64,000 nt of DNA, taken from contig DGEI01000027.1 of NCBI GenBank assembly GCA_002385885.1, positions 7,530 to 71,529 of the forward strand, read 5' to 3'. Positions 28,612 through 39,211 of the stretch are shown here, piece by piece (within the stretch, counting starts at the first letter, position 1; the number at the start of each line of letters is the position of its first letter). The DNA comes from Firmicutes bacterium UBA3930. GTDB lineage: Bacteria; Bacillota; Clostridia; Caldicoprobacterales; Caldicoprobacteraceae. A model generated the notes under the pieces. That model saw only the letters and a list, made by a program, of their open reading frames with translations. It was not told the origin of the DNA and made no database searches. A program made the position numbers and the translations under genes.

Positions 28612-29487
28612 ATGGAGGTTACTGAATTAAGCAATGGTATTTGTATAAAAGGTGTTTCGCACTTTTACCCCGAACACATTTTTGAATGCGGACAGGCATT
28701 CAGATGGGACAGGAAGGGGCAGGTTTACACAGGTGTTGTTGACGGCAGGGTTGCCGAGCTGGTTTTTGACCGGGGGGATATCATCATAAAAAATACATCC
28801 ATAAGGGAATATGAACTGTTTTGGATGCACTATTTCGATATGGACAGGGACTACGGGAAGATAAAGAGGGTTCTGTCCCGGGACCCGGTTGTTGATAAGG
28901 CTGTCAAGTTCGGATGGGGAATCCGGATATTGAACCAGGATCCATGGGAAACTCTGATCTCGTTTATAATATCGGCCAATAACAATATATCCAGGATCAA
29001 AAAGATTATAAAAAATCTGTCCAGAAGGTACGGCAGCAGCTTGATATGGAACGGCAGCGAATTTTTTTCGTTTCCTGCCCCTGATGCTTTGGCCAATGCA
29101 TCCATCGATGATCTCATGGATTGCGGATGCGGTTACAGGGCGCGGTATATCAAGGAAACGGCCGGAATAATATACCGGGGAGATATTGATTTGGATGGCT
29201 TGAAGAAGGCTTCGTATGAGCAGGCGCATAAAGAACTTCTGGCCTGTCCCGGAGTCGGGCCTAAGGTGGCTGACTGTATTCTTTTATTCTCCTGCGGAAA
29301 AGGAGAAGCCTTTCCCGTTGATGTGTGGATAAAAAGAACCATGCAGCATTTTTACCCCCGGCATTCAGGGTCAAACAAAGAGATTCGGCAGTTTGTTGAA
29401 GACAGATTTGGCCGTTTGGCGGGATTTGCCCAGCAGTACCTGTATTATTATGCCCGGGACGGTCTCAGGTTGTTTACCAAGGATTAA
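28612..29487 (+). CDS. ogg: 8-oxoguanine DNA glycosylase / HhH-GPD family (Ogg-like)
   Basis: OGG N-terminal-like region plus an HhH-GPD region (CPGVGPKVADCILLF, FPVDVWIKR). Confidence 0.8.
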   Translation: MEVTELSNGICIKGVSHFYPEHIFECGQAFRWDRKGQVYTGVVDGRVAELVFDRGDIIIKNTSIREYELFWMHYFDMDRDYGKIKRVLSRDPVVDKAVKFGWGIRILNQDPWETLISFIISANNNISRIKKIIKNLSRRYGSSLIWNGSEFFSFPAPDALANASIDDLMDCGCGYRARYIKETAGIIYRGDIDLDGLKKASYEQAHKELLACPGVGPKVADCILLFSCGKGEAFPVDVWIKRTMQHFYPRHSGSNKEIRQFVEDRFGRLAGFAQQYLYYYARDGLRLFTKD

Positions 29488-29532
29488 TGTATTTTACGTT
29501 GGCGGAAACAAGCAATAAAACAGGAGGGTAAC

Positions 29533-29949
29533 ATGAGGATTGCTGTAATTGACGGTCAGGGGGGAGGCATGGGGAAGTATATTACCGAGAAGCTCAGAAA
29601 GGAGTTTGGCGAGGCCATAGAGATCTTAGCCCTGGGAACAAATGCCATGGCTACCATCCAGATGTTGAAGGGGGGCGCCAACGAGGGGGCTACAGGAGAA
29701 CATGCTATTGTATATAATACCGATAAGGTTGATTTAATCATTGGCTCCCTTTCAATTGTACTGGCAAATTCAATGCTTGGGGAACTGACACCTGCTATGG
29801 CTGCAGCAGTGGCTTCCAGCCCTGCTCCTAAACTCTTGCTGCCTATACATAAAAGCAACGTGAATATTGTTGGGACTGTCAAAGAGCCTTTACCCCATGC
29901 AATGGAAAATGTTATTGAGTATATAAAACAATGGATGGAGAGTGAATGA
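29533..29949 (+). CDS. DUF3842-family protein
   Basis: Has the family's MRIAVIDGQGGGMGK N-terminus as I recall it. Tightly coupled to the next gene. Confidence 0.7.
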   Translation: MRIAVIDGQGGGMGKYITEKLRKEFGEAIEILALGTNAMATIQMLKGGANEGATGEHAIVYNTDKVDLIIGSLSIVLANSMLGELTPAMAAAVASSPAPKLLLPIHKSNVNIVGTVKEPLPHAMENVIEYIKQWMESE

Positions 29950-29950
29950 A

Positions 29951-30142
29951 ATGTGTGAAGCAACGGTATATTTTGAAGATGATGAGGGTCTCAAACTGTA
30001 TTTTGACAATGTGGACAAAATTTTTCCTGGGGAAGATCAGCTTATCCTGGAAGATATATTTGGCCAGAAAAAAATTATTAAAGCACGGCTCAAAGAGCTT
30101 CATTTGGTGGATCATAAGATCATTATAGAAAGGACTAAATAA
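29951..30142 (+). CDS. cooT: CooT-family nickel-binding protein
   Basis: About 63 aa starting MCEA (Cys2 signature of CooT). The ATG lies 2 nt after the DUF3842 stop, with a GGAGAG RBS 8 nt upstream. Confidence 0.7.
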   Translation: MCEATVYFEDDEGLKLYFDNVDKIFPGEDQLILEDIFGQKKIIKARLKELHLVDHKIIIERTK

Positions 30143-30163
30143 TGGAGAATTCAGCCCCGGGTG

Positions 30164-30192
30164 TTGACACTTGAATATCGTTCTGGTAGACT
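30164..30192 (+). promoter_or_regulatory. SigA-type promoter upstream of guaB
   Basis: TTGACA (30164-30169), 17-nt spacer, TAGACT (30187-30192). Confidence 0.55.
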
Positions 30193-30262
30193 ATTTTTCA
30201 ATATTTAAACGTGAGTTGGACAATGTGGATTGTTGTTTGAAATGGCCAGAAAATAGTAATAA

Positions 30263-31753
<1,491 letters not shown>

Positions 31754-31845
31754 TGTCGTAATATTATGTCATAGCAGTATAATCCCAAGGCATATATTTC
31801 TTTTGTGCTTATGTGCAGGTTATCTGCTGGAAATGGAGGATATAA

Positions 31846-32697
31846 ATGCTGTATAAGGGTGAAAAGGAGAAGGCAGGGTTAGAGCAAAAATTTCAGGCCC
31901 TTAAGGACTATCTGTCTGGGCTGGGCAGTGCAGCAGTAGCATTTTCAGGCGGAGTGGACAGTACGCTTCTGTTGAAAGTAGCCTGCGATGTCCTGGGGGA
32001 CAAGGTAATAGCAGTTACGGCTTCATCCCCTGTTTCACCCGGATGGGAGCTTGAACAGGCTTCTCTCCTGGCTGAAGAAATGGGAGTACGCCATATTGTA
32101 ATTAAGTCATCAGAACTGGATATGGAAGAATTTATACGAAATGATAAAAATCGCTGTTATTACTGTAAAAAACAACGGTTTAAAGGGATATTGGATATAG
32201 CAGAACAGAATGGTATACTGCACGTAATTGATGGATCCAATTACGATGATCTTGGGGATTTCAGGCCGGGAATGGAGGCTGCCAAAGAGCTTGGTGTTTT
32301 AAGTCCGTTAATGGAAGTTATGATGACCAAAGCCGATATTCGCCAGCTGTCAAAAATGTTTGGCCTTCCTACCTGGGATAAGCCCGCATATGCCTGCCTT
32401 GCATCCCGCATTCCTTATGGCCAATCCATAGATACCCGGAAGCTGGGTATGATTGAAAAGGCTGAGGAACTGCTGTTGAGCAGACTTGGTTTTAAACAGG
32501 TCAGGGTACGGCATCATGGTGATACAGCCAGGATAGAGGTTGGCAGCAATGAAAGGAATAAGTTCTTTGACACTGAAATCATGGATTTTGTTGACAGAGA
32601 GCTCAAAAAAATTGGTTTTACTTATGTTGCACTGGATTTATCGGGGTACCGGTCGGGTAGTATGAACGAGACATTAAGGCTGAAGGGAGAAATATAA
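31846..32697 (+). CDS. larE: LarE, ATP-dependent sacrificial sulfur transferase of nickel-pincer cofactor synthesis
   Basis: PP-loop AFSGGVDSTLL and the conserved Cys in YACLASRIPYG. Adjacent to larB. Confidence 0.85.
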   Translation: MLYKGEKEKAGLEQKFQALKDYLSGLGSAAVAFSGGVDSTLLLKVACDVLGDKVIAVTASSPVSPGWELEQASLLAEEMGVRHIVIKSSELDMEEFIRNDKNRCYYCKKQRFKGILDIAEQNGILHVIDGSNYDDLGDFRPGMEAAKELGVLSPLMEVMMTKADIRQLSKMFGLPTWDKPAYACLASRIPYGQSIDTRKLGMIEKAEELLLSRLGFKQVRVRHHGDTARIEVGSNERNKFFDTEIMDFVDRELKKIGFTYVALDLSGYRSGSMNETLRLKGEI

Positions 32698-32698
32698 A

Positions 32699-33454
32699 AT
32701 GGAACCTGATAACCTGAAGAGTATTCTTGAAGATGTTAAAGCAGGGCGCCGGACAGTAGATGATGCGATTGAAGATTTAAAATACCTGCCTTTTGAAGAT
32801 CTGGGCTTTGCAAAACTGGATCACCACCGCCAGCTCCGGAACGGCTATCCTGAGGTGATTTACTGCCAGGGGAAAAAACTTGATCATATACAGGCGATAG
32901 TAGAACGGATGGCAGCCAGAGGGCAGGTAAATATACTGGCCACCAGGGCCGGCAGGGACGTGTATGAAGCTGTCAAAAAAGTGGTTCCGGATGCCGAGTT
33001 TCATGAATTAGCCAGAATTGTTACTGTAAGAAGGGTTCAAATACCTCCTTTGAAGGGCAAAATAGCTGTAGTCAGCGCCGGTACGTCAGATCTTCCTGTA
33101 GCTGAAGAGGCGGCTGTTACTGCTGAGGTTCTGGGCAATACTGTAGAACGTATGTATGATGTGGGCGTGGCCGGACTGCATAGATTGCTGGCAAACGCCA
33201 GAACATTAAATGAAGCCAATGTAATCATAGTTGTTGCGGGTATGGAAGGGGCCTTGGCCAGTGTTGTGGGAGGTCTCGTGGACAAGCCTGTTATAGCCGT
33301 CCCGACAAGTGTTGGGTATGGCGCAAATTTTGGCGGTCTTTCGGCTTTGCTGTGCATGCTTAACAGCTGTGCCAGCGGAGTGGCCGTTGTCAATATTGAT
33401 AACGGCTTTGGCGCCGGATATATGGCCAGTACCATAAACCGTTTGGCCCAATAA
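32699..33454 (+). CDS. larB: LarB, pyridinium-3,5-biscarboxylic acid mononucleotide synthase (PurE-like)
   Basis: N-terminal helical region plus an AIR-carboxylase-like fold (IAVVSAGTSDLPVAEEA, VVAGMEGALASVVGG). Confidence 0.85.
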   Translation: MEPDNLKSILEDVKAGRRTVDDAIEDLKYLPFEDLGFAKLDHHRQLRNGYPEVIYCQGKKLDHIQAIVERMAARGQVNILATRAGRDVYEAVKKVVPDAEFHELARIVTVRRVQIPPLKGKIAVVSAGTSDLPVAEEAAVTAEVLGNTVERMYDVGVAGLHRLLANARTLNEANVIIVVAGMEGALASVVGGLVDKPVIAVPTSVGYGANFGGLSALLCMLNSCASGVAVVNIDNGFGAGYMASTINRLAQ

Positions 33455-33471
33455 TGCGGGAGGTTGGTGTG

Positions 33472-33498
33472 CCGAGGTATTCCTCGGTGTTTTTGTTT
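33472..33498 (+). terminator. Weak terminator-like hairpin after larB
   Basis: 6-bp stem CCGAGG/CCTCGG followed by TGTTTTTGTTT. Confidence 0.45.
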
Positions 33499-33627
33499 AG
33501 AACCGTTTACTGGATATTTATAACAATATACATTATATAATCCGGCCGGGCAGCAAAAAGATATGATAGCATATGATATACTGTTTATATTGTAATGTGT
33601 CGCAGCGAATAAACGGAGGGATGTTAA

Positions 33628-34524
33628 GTGAAAGTATTGTATTTTGATTGTTTTTCAGGGATCAGCGGTGATATGACCCTGGGAGCGCTGCTGGATCTGG
33701 GCCTGGACCAGCAATCCTTTTTACAACAGCTGAGCAAACTAGGGTTGAATAACGAATACGATATAGAAATTAAAAAGAATACAAAAAATGGGATTACCGG
33801 ATTGGATGTCAATGTGATACTTAAAGGGAATGCCAATTCTGAAAACCACCGGCATACCGATCAACCTCATGAACACGCCGAAGAGAGCCGTGGCGGTATT
33901 TATCAGCATCATCATGATCATTCCCATCATGGAGGACATTCTCATCATGACTCCCGTCACCATCACCATCATGGCTCCCATCATCATTCCCATAACGGTT
34001 CAGGGATACAAAGAGATTTCAGCAAGATAAAGGAATTAATAGAATCCAGCGATTTATCCGCGAATGTTAAAGAAATTGCATTGAAGATATTTGAAAAATT
34101 GGCCAGAGCTGAGGGCAAAATACATAATGTCCCCTATGAAAGAGTTCATTTCCATGAAGTCGGGGCAGTGGATTCAATCGTTGATATTGTGGGTACGGCT
34201 ATATGCATTGATATGTTGAAACCGGATGTTATTATGGCGTCCCCGGTCCACCTGGGGGGAGGCTTTATAAAATGCCAGCACGGCATATTCCCTGTTCCGG
34301 CTCCTGCCACGCTGGAGTTGCTGAAAGGCATTCCGGTTTACTCCAGGGGCTTCCAGGGGGAACTGGTTACCCCAACAGGAGCTGCTATATTATCGGCATT
34401 GTGCAGTGAGTTTGCGGATTTCCCGCCCATGGTGGTTGAAAAGGTGGGATATGGGTTAGGAAAGAGAAACTATGAGATTCCCAACTGTTTACGGGTATGC
34501 ATGGGTGAGTCGTTAAAAAAATAG
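33628..34524 (+). CDS. larC: LarC N-terminal part (LarC1-like) with His-rich tract
   Basis: GTG start after GGAGGG, then MKVLYFDCFSGISGDM. The His-rich segment is HHHDHSHHGGHSHHDSRHHHHHGSHHHSH. The ORF ends at TAG directly after an A7 run. Confidence 0.85.
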   Translation: MKVLYFDCFSGISGDMTLGALLDLGLDQQSFLQQLSKLGLNNEYDIEIKKNTKNGITGLDVNVILKGNANSENHRHTDQPHEHAEESRGGIYQHHHDHSHHGGHSHHDSRHHHHHGSHHHSHNGSGIQRDFSKIKELIESSDLSANVKEIALKIFEKLARAEGKIHNVPYERVHFHEVGAVDSIVDIVGTAICIDMLKPDVIMASPVHLGGGFIKCQHGIFPVPAPATLELLKGIPVYSRGFQGELVTPTGAAILSALCSEFADFPPMVVEKVGYGLGKRNYEIPNCLRVCMGESLKK

Positions 34525-34973
34525 TGTCCCCCGGGGAGGTTAAGGTCATCGAGACAAATATAGATGACATGAGCGGAGAGATTTTCGGGTATATAATGGA
34601 GCGGTTGATGGAGAATAATGCCCTTGATGTATGGTATACGCCGGTATATATGAAAAAGAATCGTCCGGGTGTAGTGATCAGCGTGTTGTGCAGTCCGGAG
34701 GATGAAAAAGCTTTAGCGGATATTCTCTTAAATGAAACCACCACCCTGGGGGTAAGAAGCTATACTGCATATAGGAGCGTGCTGAACAGGCAGTGGAAAA
34801 CGGTTCATACCAAATATGGCGATATACGGATAAAAATTGCACAGGATGGAAATACTTATAAAGCAGCGCCCGAGTACGAGGACTGCAAAAAAGCGGCTGA
34901 GAGATACGGCGTTTCGTTCAGAGAAGTATATGATGCAGCCAGGCTGGCTTATGAAAGAATGAAATGCAAATAG
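34524..34973 (+). CDS. larC: LarC C-terminal part (LarC2-like), in the -1 frame relative to larC1
   Basis: VKVIETNIDDMSGE... continues the DUF111/LarC fold. This frame is open from 34509, and no independent RBS is evident. Confidence 0.8.
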   Translation: MSPGEVKVIETNIDDMSGEIFGYIMERLMENNALDVWYTPVYMKKNRPGVVISVLCSPEDEKALADILLNETTTLGVRSYTAYRSVLNRQWKTVHTKYGDIRIKIAQDGNTYKAAPEYEDCKKAAERYGVSFREVYDAARLAYERMKCK

Positions 34974-35038
34974 CCGCAGTCCGGTGCGGCTGGCGATATT
35001 CAACACAATAATAAGAAGACATCAAATAATAGACGATT

Positions 35039-35082
35039 CATTCCGAACATTTAGTACAATAACTTAAGAAATGTTCAAATTT
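35039..35082 (+). promoter_or_regulatory. Candidate PurR operator (inverted PurBox pair)
   Basis: cATTCCGAACATT (35039-35051) and its inverted partner AATGTTCAAATTT (35070-82), compared with the Firmicute PurBox AWWWCCGAACWWT. Spacing is 18 nt, and the pair abuts the -35 of the pur promoter. Confidence 0.45.
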
Positions 35083-35086
35083 TTTA

Positions 35087-35115
35087 TTGACAAATCCCCC
35101 TTGCTCTGATAGGAT
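35087..35115 (+). promoter_or_regulatory. SigA-type promoter of the pur operon
   Basis: TTGACA (35087-35092), 17-nt spacer, TAGGAT (35110-35115). Confidence 0.6.
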
Positions 35116-35285
35116 TAAAGCGTAATATACAGACTTCATTGCTGAGCCGGTTGATATGCAATCAGGGATGATAAGATATACGGGGGAAGTTAACTGTGGT
35201 AAAGCAATTCATTTTTGTAAAAGAATATATAATAGCGATAAGCATAAGCAGCTGTACTTATGCGCTGCTGTAATGCCATACGGGA

Positions 35286-35322
35286 GAAATCCGATTAGTT
35301 TTAATCGGATTTCAGTTTTTTT
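35286..35322 (+). terminator. Leader terminator (attenuator) upstream of purE
   Basis: 11-bp perfect stem GAAATCCGATT/AATCGGATTTC with a 6-nt loop, followed by AG and a T7 run. It lies about 30 nt before the purE RBS. Confidence 0.8.
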
Positions 35323-35354
35323 AGTAAAGAATTACATCGGGTGGAGGTATGGAA

Positions 35355-35846
35355 ATGCCAAAAGTTGGGATTGTCATGGGAAGCATATCTGACTTTGAAG
35401 TTGTAAAGAAAGCCATTGAAGTTCTGAAAGAGTTTAACATAGAAGTTGAGGCCAGGATATTGTCTGCCCATCGTACACCTTATGACGCAGCAGAATATGC
35501 CCGGACAGCTGAGAGAAGAGGGATAAATGTAATAATTGCAGCGGCTGGAAAGGCTGCACACCTGCCCGGGGTATTGGCGTCCTACACCGTTTTGCCGGTA
35601 ATTGGGCTGCCGATTAAGTCTTCAACCATGGATGGCCTGGATTCGCTTTTATCAATTGTACAGATGCCGGCCGGGATACCCGTGGCTACTGTGGCCGTTA
35701 ACGGAAGTGAAAATGCCGCCCTGCTGGCTGTGCATATACTGTCTGTGGGTTATCCTTATCTGGCAGAACGGCTTCAGGAATACAGGGAGGCCATGGCACG
35801 GCGCGTTTATCAACAGGACAGTAAACTGCAGGAGGAGTTGTCCTGA
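35355..35846 (+). CDS. purE: 5-(carboxyamino)imidazole ribonucleotide mutase
   Basis: [18 protein letters not shown] and LPGVLAS motifs. The RBS GGTGGAGG is best spaced for the second ATG. Confidence 0.95.
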   Translation: MPKVGIVMGSISDFEVVKKAIEVLKEFNIEVEARILSAHRTPYDAAEYARTAERRGINVIIAAAGKAAHLPGVLASYTVLPVIGLPIKSSTMDGLDSLLSIVQMPAGIPVATVAVNGSENAALLAVHILSVGYPYLAERLQEYREAMARRVYQQDSKLQEELS

Positions 35847-35848
35847 AT

Positions 35849-35911
35849 ATGAGAGAATTACAGTTATTATACGAAGGGAAGGCAAAAAAGATTAGAGGAT
35901 CGATGGCATGA
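35849..35911 (+). pseudogene. purC: Vestigial purC (first ~15 codons of SAICAR synthetase, then out-of-context stop)
   Basis: Encodes MRELQLLYEGKAKKIRGSMA*. LLYEGKAKKI is the conserved PurC N-terminal motif. The position between purE and purF is where purC sits in Firmicute pur operons, and the stop overlaps the purF ATG. Confidence 0.7.
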
Positions 35912-37299
35912 ATAAAACAGTTTTATATAATTGGGATAAATTAAATGAGGAATGCGGTGTTTTCGGAGTATTTGCCCGGGATGATCTGGATGTCACTGAA
36001 TTAACATACTACGGCCTGTATGCTCTGCAGCATAGAGGGCAGGAAAGCACTGGCATAGCGGTAGCTGATGGTAAAACGATTAAGCACCACAAGGACAGAG
36101 GGCTTGTCCCCGAAGTATTCGACCAGGATAAGCTGGAGGCATTAGAGGGCGGCAATATTGCCATAGGACATGTCCGGTATCCCACCCATGGCGATACAAG
36201 TATATTCAACGCCCAGCCTCTGGTCATAAGGTATAAAAAGGGCTATCTGGCTTTGGCCCATAACGGCAGTCTGACCAACGCCGATCGGCTCCGTTCGGAA
36301 CTGGAGGAGGCGGGAGCCGTATTCCAGACCTCGGCAGACAGCGAGGTAATTGTCAACCTGATTGCACGGCAAATCGACCTGGGCTTGGAAGCGGCCATAA
36401 CAAGCACCATATCCAGGCTGCGAGGAGCCTATGCCCTGCTCCTGATGACCGAGGATACACTCGTTGCTATACGGGACCCATACGGGATGCGCCCTCTTGC
36501 TTTGGGGAGAATCGACAACTCCTATGTTGTTGCTTCCGAATCATGTGCTTTTGATACCGTAGGCGCTGATTTTATAAGAGATGTAAAACCGGGTGAGGTT
36601 ATCATAATCACTCAGGACGGATTGAAGAGTATTCAGACCCCTGCGCCATTAAGCTCAGCTTTGTGTATATTTGAATTTATATATTTTGCAAGAACCGACA
36701 GTGTCATAGACGGGGTAAGCGTATATACTGCCAGAAAAGAAGCGGGCAAAATTCTGGCTTCAGAGCATCCTGTTGAAGCCGATCTGGTTATCGGTGTTCC
36801 TGATTCGGGAACCACGGCTGCCCTGGGATATGCAGAAGGTTCGGGCATTCCATTTGGTGAAGGCCTGATCAAGAACCGTTATGTAGGCAGGACCTTTATA
36901 AGTCCCAGTCAATCAATCCGGGAGCAGGGTGTCCGCATCAAACTCAACGCCCTTAAAAAAGTGGTTAAGGGTAAGCGGATTGTAATGATAGATGATTCAA
37001 TCGTAAGAGGGACTACCAGTAAAAAGATAGTGGAGATGCTGAGACTGGCAGGCGCCAGGGAAGTCCATATGCGTATAAGCTCGCCCCCGGTGCGTTTTCC
37101 CTGCTATTTTGGCATAGATACGCCCAGTAAAGAGCAATTGCTTGGCGCTTCTTACAGCGTTGATGAGATATGCCGTATTATAGGCACTGATTCCCTGGAG
37201 TATTTAAGCATGGAAGGCCTGTTGAAGACCGTTGAGACCAGTGGGTGTGAATTCTGCCTGGGATGTTTTAACGGTCAATACCCTGTAGAGATAGAATGA
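35908..37299 (+). CDS. purF: Amidophosphoribosyltransferase
   Basis: Propeptide followed by CGVFGV (Cys1), then the PRT motif VMIDDSIVRGTT and C-terminal Fe-S cysteines. Confidence 0.95.
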   Translation: MNKTVLYNWDKLNEECGVFGVFARDDLDVTELTYYGLYALQHRGQESTGIAVADGKTIKHHKDRGLVPEVFDQDKLEALEGGNIAIGHVRYPTHGDTSIFNAQPLVIRYKKGYLALAHNGSLTNADRLRSELEEAGAVFQTSADSEVIVNLIARQIDLGLEAAITSTISRLRGAYALLLMTEDTLVAIRDPYGMRPLALGRIDNSYVVASESCAFDTVGADFIRDVKPGEVIIITQDGLKSIQTPAPLSSALCIFEFIYFARTDSVIDGVSVYTARKEAGKILASEHPVEADLVIGVPDSGTTAALGYAEGSGIPFGEGLIKNRYVGRTFISPSQSIREQGVRIKLNALKKVVKGKRIVMIDDSIVRGTTSKKIVEMLRLAGAREVHMRISSPPVRFPCYFGIDTPSKEQLLGASYSVDEICRIIGTDSLEYLSMEGLLKTVETSGCEFCLGCFNGQYPVEIE

Positions 37300-37464
37300 A
37301 GGGCATATGGATTTATGTTTGCCATATATCGAAGATGATTGAAACCAATAAGCATTTGATGCAAAACATATATAAATTTAAACGGTAACGCAGGTTAAGG
37401 ATTGCTGTGGACCGGCAGAAGGGCGCAGCTGGGAATATCAGGCGATGGAAAGGAGTGAAATAAT

Positions 37465-38493
37465 ATGGGTTACACATATAAGGATTCCGGTGTGGACGTG
37501 GAGGCAGGATACAGGGCTGTCAGGCTTATGAAAGAGCATATCGAAAGGACACACAATAAAAATGTGATTGGTGGAATAGGCAAGTTTGCAGGCCTGTATT
37601 CTCTTGATATGGAGGAAATAAGCCAACCGGTGCTTGTAGCGGGGACCGATGGAGTGGGAACAAAGCTGCAGCTGGCTTTTATAATGGATAAGCATGATAC
37701 CGTGGGTCAGGATTGTGTGGCTATGTGTGTAAATGACGTGATATGCCAGGGAGCAAAACCCCTGTTTTTCCTGGATTATATTGCAACAGGCAAGCTGGAG
37801 CCCGAAAAGGTGGCAATGATAGTAAAGGGTATTGCTGACGGATGCCTTGAAGCGGGCTGTGCTTTAATTGGAGGCGAAACTGCTGAGATGCCGGGGTTTT
37901 ACAGGGAGAATGAATATGATCTTGCCGGATATGCAGTTGGAATTGTGGAACGGCAAAAGATTATAGACGGTTCTGCAGTAGTTGAAGGAGATATTCTTGT
38001 AGGGCTCGGTTCATCGGGTGTACACAGCAACGGCTATTCTCTGATCAGGAAACTGGTGCTTCAGGATAATGACCGGATTAATGAAAGATACGAATCCCTT
38101 GGATGTACTGTGGGCGAGGAGCTCCTTAAACCAACGCGGATATATGTGAAAGGAGTTCTGAAAGCTGTCGGCAGATATAATGTTAAGGGCATTGCTCATA
38201 TAACCGGAGGAGGGTTTATCGAAAACATACCGCGAATGCTGCCTGAAGGTTTAACGGCTGAAATAAGGATGGGAAGCTGGCCGGTACTGCCCATTTTTAC
38301 GCTGCTTAAAGAATGGGGTAATATAGAAGACAGGGAGATGTTCAATACCTTTAATATGGGAATAGGGATGGTACTGGCGTGCAGCCCTGATCACGCAGAG
38401 GGTATTTTGGATCTTTTCTGCCAGGAAGGATATGGGGCATATATAATCGGAAAAGTGGTACAAGGAAGCCAGGGGGTGGTGTTTGTTCCATGA
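37465..38493 (+). CDS. purM: Phosphoribosylformylglycinamidine cyclo-ligase
   Basis: [17 protein letters not shown] and GGETAEMPG motifs. Confidence 0.95.
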   Translation: MGYTYKDSGVDVEAGYRAVRLMKEHIERTHNKNVIGGIGKFAGLYSLDMEEISQPVLVAGTDGVGTKLQLAFIMDKHDTVGQDCVAMCVNDVICQGAKPLFFLDYIATGKLEPEKVAMIVKGIADGCLEAGCALIGGETAEMPGFYRENEYDLAGYAVGIVERQKIIDGSAVVEGDILVGLGSSGVHSNGYSLIRKLVLQDNDRINERYESLGCTVGEELLKPTRIYVKGVLKAVGRYNVKGIAHITGGGFIENIPRMLPEGLTAEIRMGSWPVLPIFTLLKEWGNIEDREMFNTFNMGIGMVLACSPDHAEGILDLFCQEGYGAYIIGKVVQGSQGVVFVP

Positions 38494-39110
38494 AGCGTAT
38501 CGGAGTGCTGATTTCAGGCAACGGCACAAACTTACAGGCAATAATTGACGGGATTGAGTCGGGAAATATACCGGGTGAGATCGCTGTTGTCATATCAAAC
38601 CGCAGTACCGCATATGGCCTGGAGAGAGCCAGAATGCACGGCATACCAGCAAAATGCATATTAAAGAAGGATTATAACAACGATCATGAATTTAACAAAG
38701 CAATATTGGAAACCTTGCAATACTATAATGTGGAGCTTGTGGTACTGGCAGGGTATTTAAGCATATTGTCTCCCGATGTGGTTAAGGCCTATCGCAACCG
38801 CATTATAAATACTCATTGCTCCCTTATTCCTGCTTTCTGCGGAAAAGGGTTTTATGGAAAAAAAGTGCACAGGGCTGTATTGGAATACGGCGTAAAGGTG
38901 ACGGGCGCTACCGTACATTTTGCGGATGAGGGAGCTGACACCGGGCCAATTATACTCCAGCAGCCGGTTGCGATCAGGGATGACGATGATGTGGATTCAC
39001 TGGCTCAAAGGGTCCTGGATGTTGAACACCAATTGCTGTCCCGGGCTGTAAAACTGCTTATTGAAGGCAAGGTAAAGGTCAACGGCAGAAAGGTAAGTAT
39101 CAGTGAATAA
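38490..39110 (+). CDS. purN: Phosphoribosylglycinamide formyltransferase
   Basis: [22 protein letters not shown] and [11 protein letters not shown]. Overlaps the purM stop. Confidence 0.95.
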   Translation: MKRIGVLISGNGTNLQAIIDGIESGNIPGEIAVVISNRSTAYGLERARMHGIPAKCILKKDYNNDHEFNKAILETLQYYNVELVVLAGYLSILSPDVVKAYRNRIINTHCSLIPAFCGKGFYGKKVHRAVLEYGVKVTGATVHFADEGADTGPIILQQPVAIRDDDDVDSLAQRVLDVEHQLLSRAVKLLIEGKVKVNGRKVSISE

Positions 39111-39211
39111 AAATTGTAATAAACCATTCAGGATAATGTTTTTTAAAAGATGGGCAGCAGGTTTCTGTCTGCCGGAGGATGAGATAATTAATAAAAGGAG
39201 TGGGATGACAA

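Noticed and set aside
33847-33993. Whether the His-codon-rich tract (CAT/CAC repeats) is a low-complexity artefact or a microsatellite.
   Set aside because: It is in frame within larC1, and a His-rich Ni-binding region is a known property of LarC. I treat it as a genuine coding feature.
35122-35285. A guanine/adenine, ZTP or PRPP (ykkC-type) riboswitch in the pur leader.
   Set aside because: I searched by eye for the core elements of each class and found none. I report the region as an unclassified attenuator instead.
35156-35392. A 78-aa ORF running through the pur leader terminator into purE.
   Set aside because: It crosses a strong terminator and the purE RBS in a different frame. It has no RBS and is incompatible with the leader architecture.
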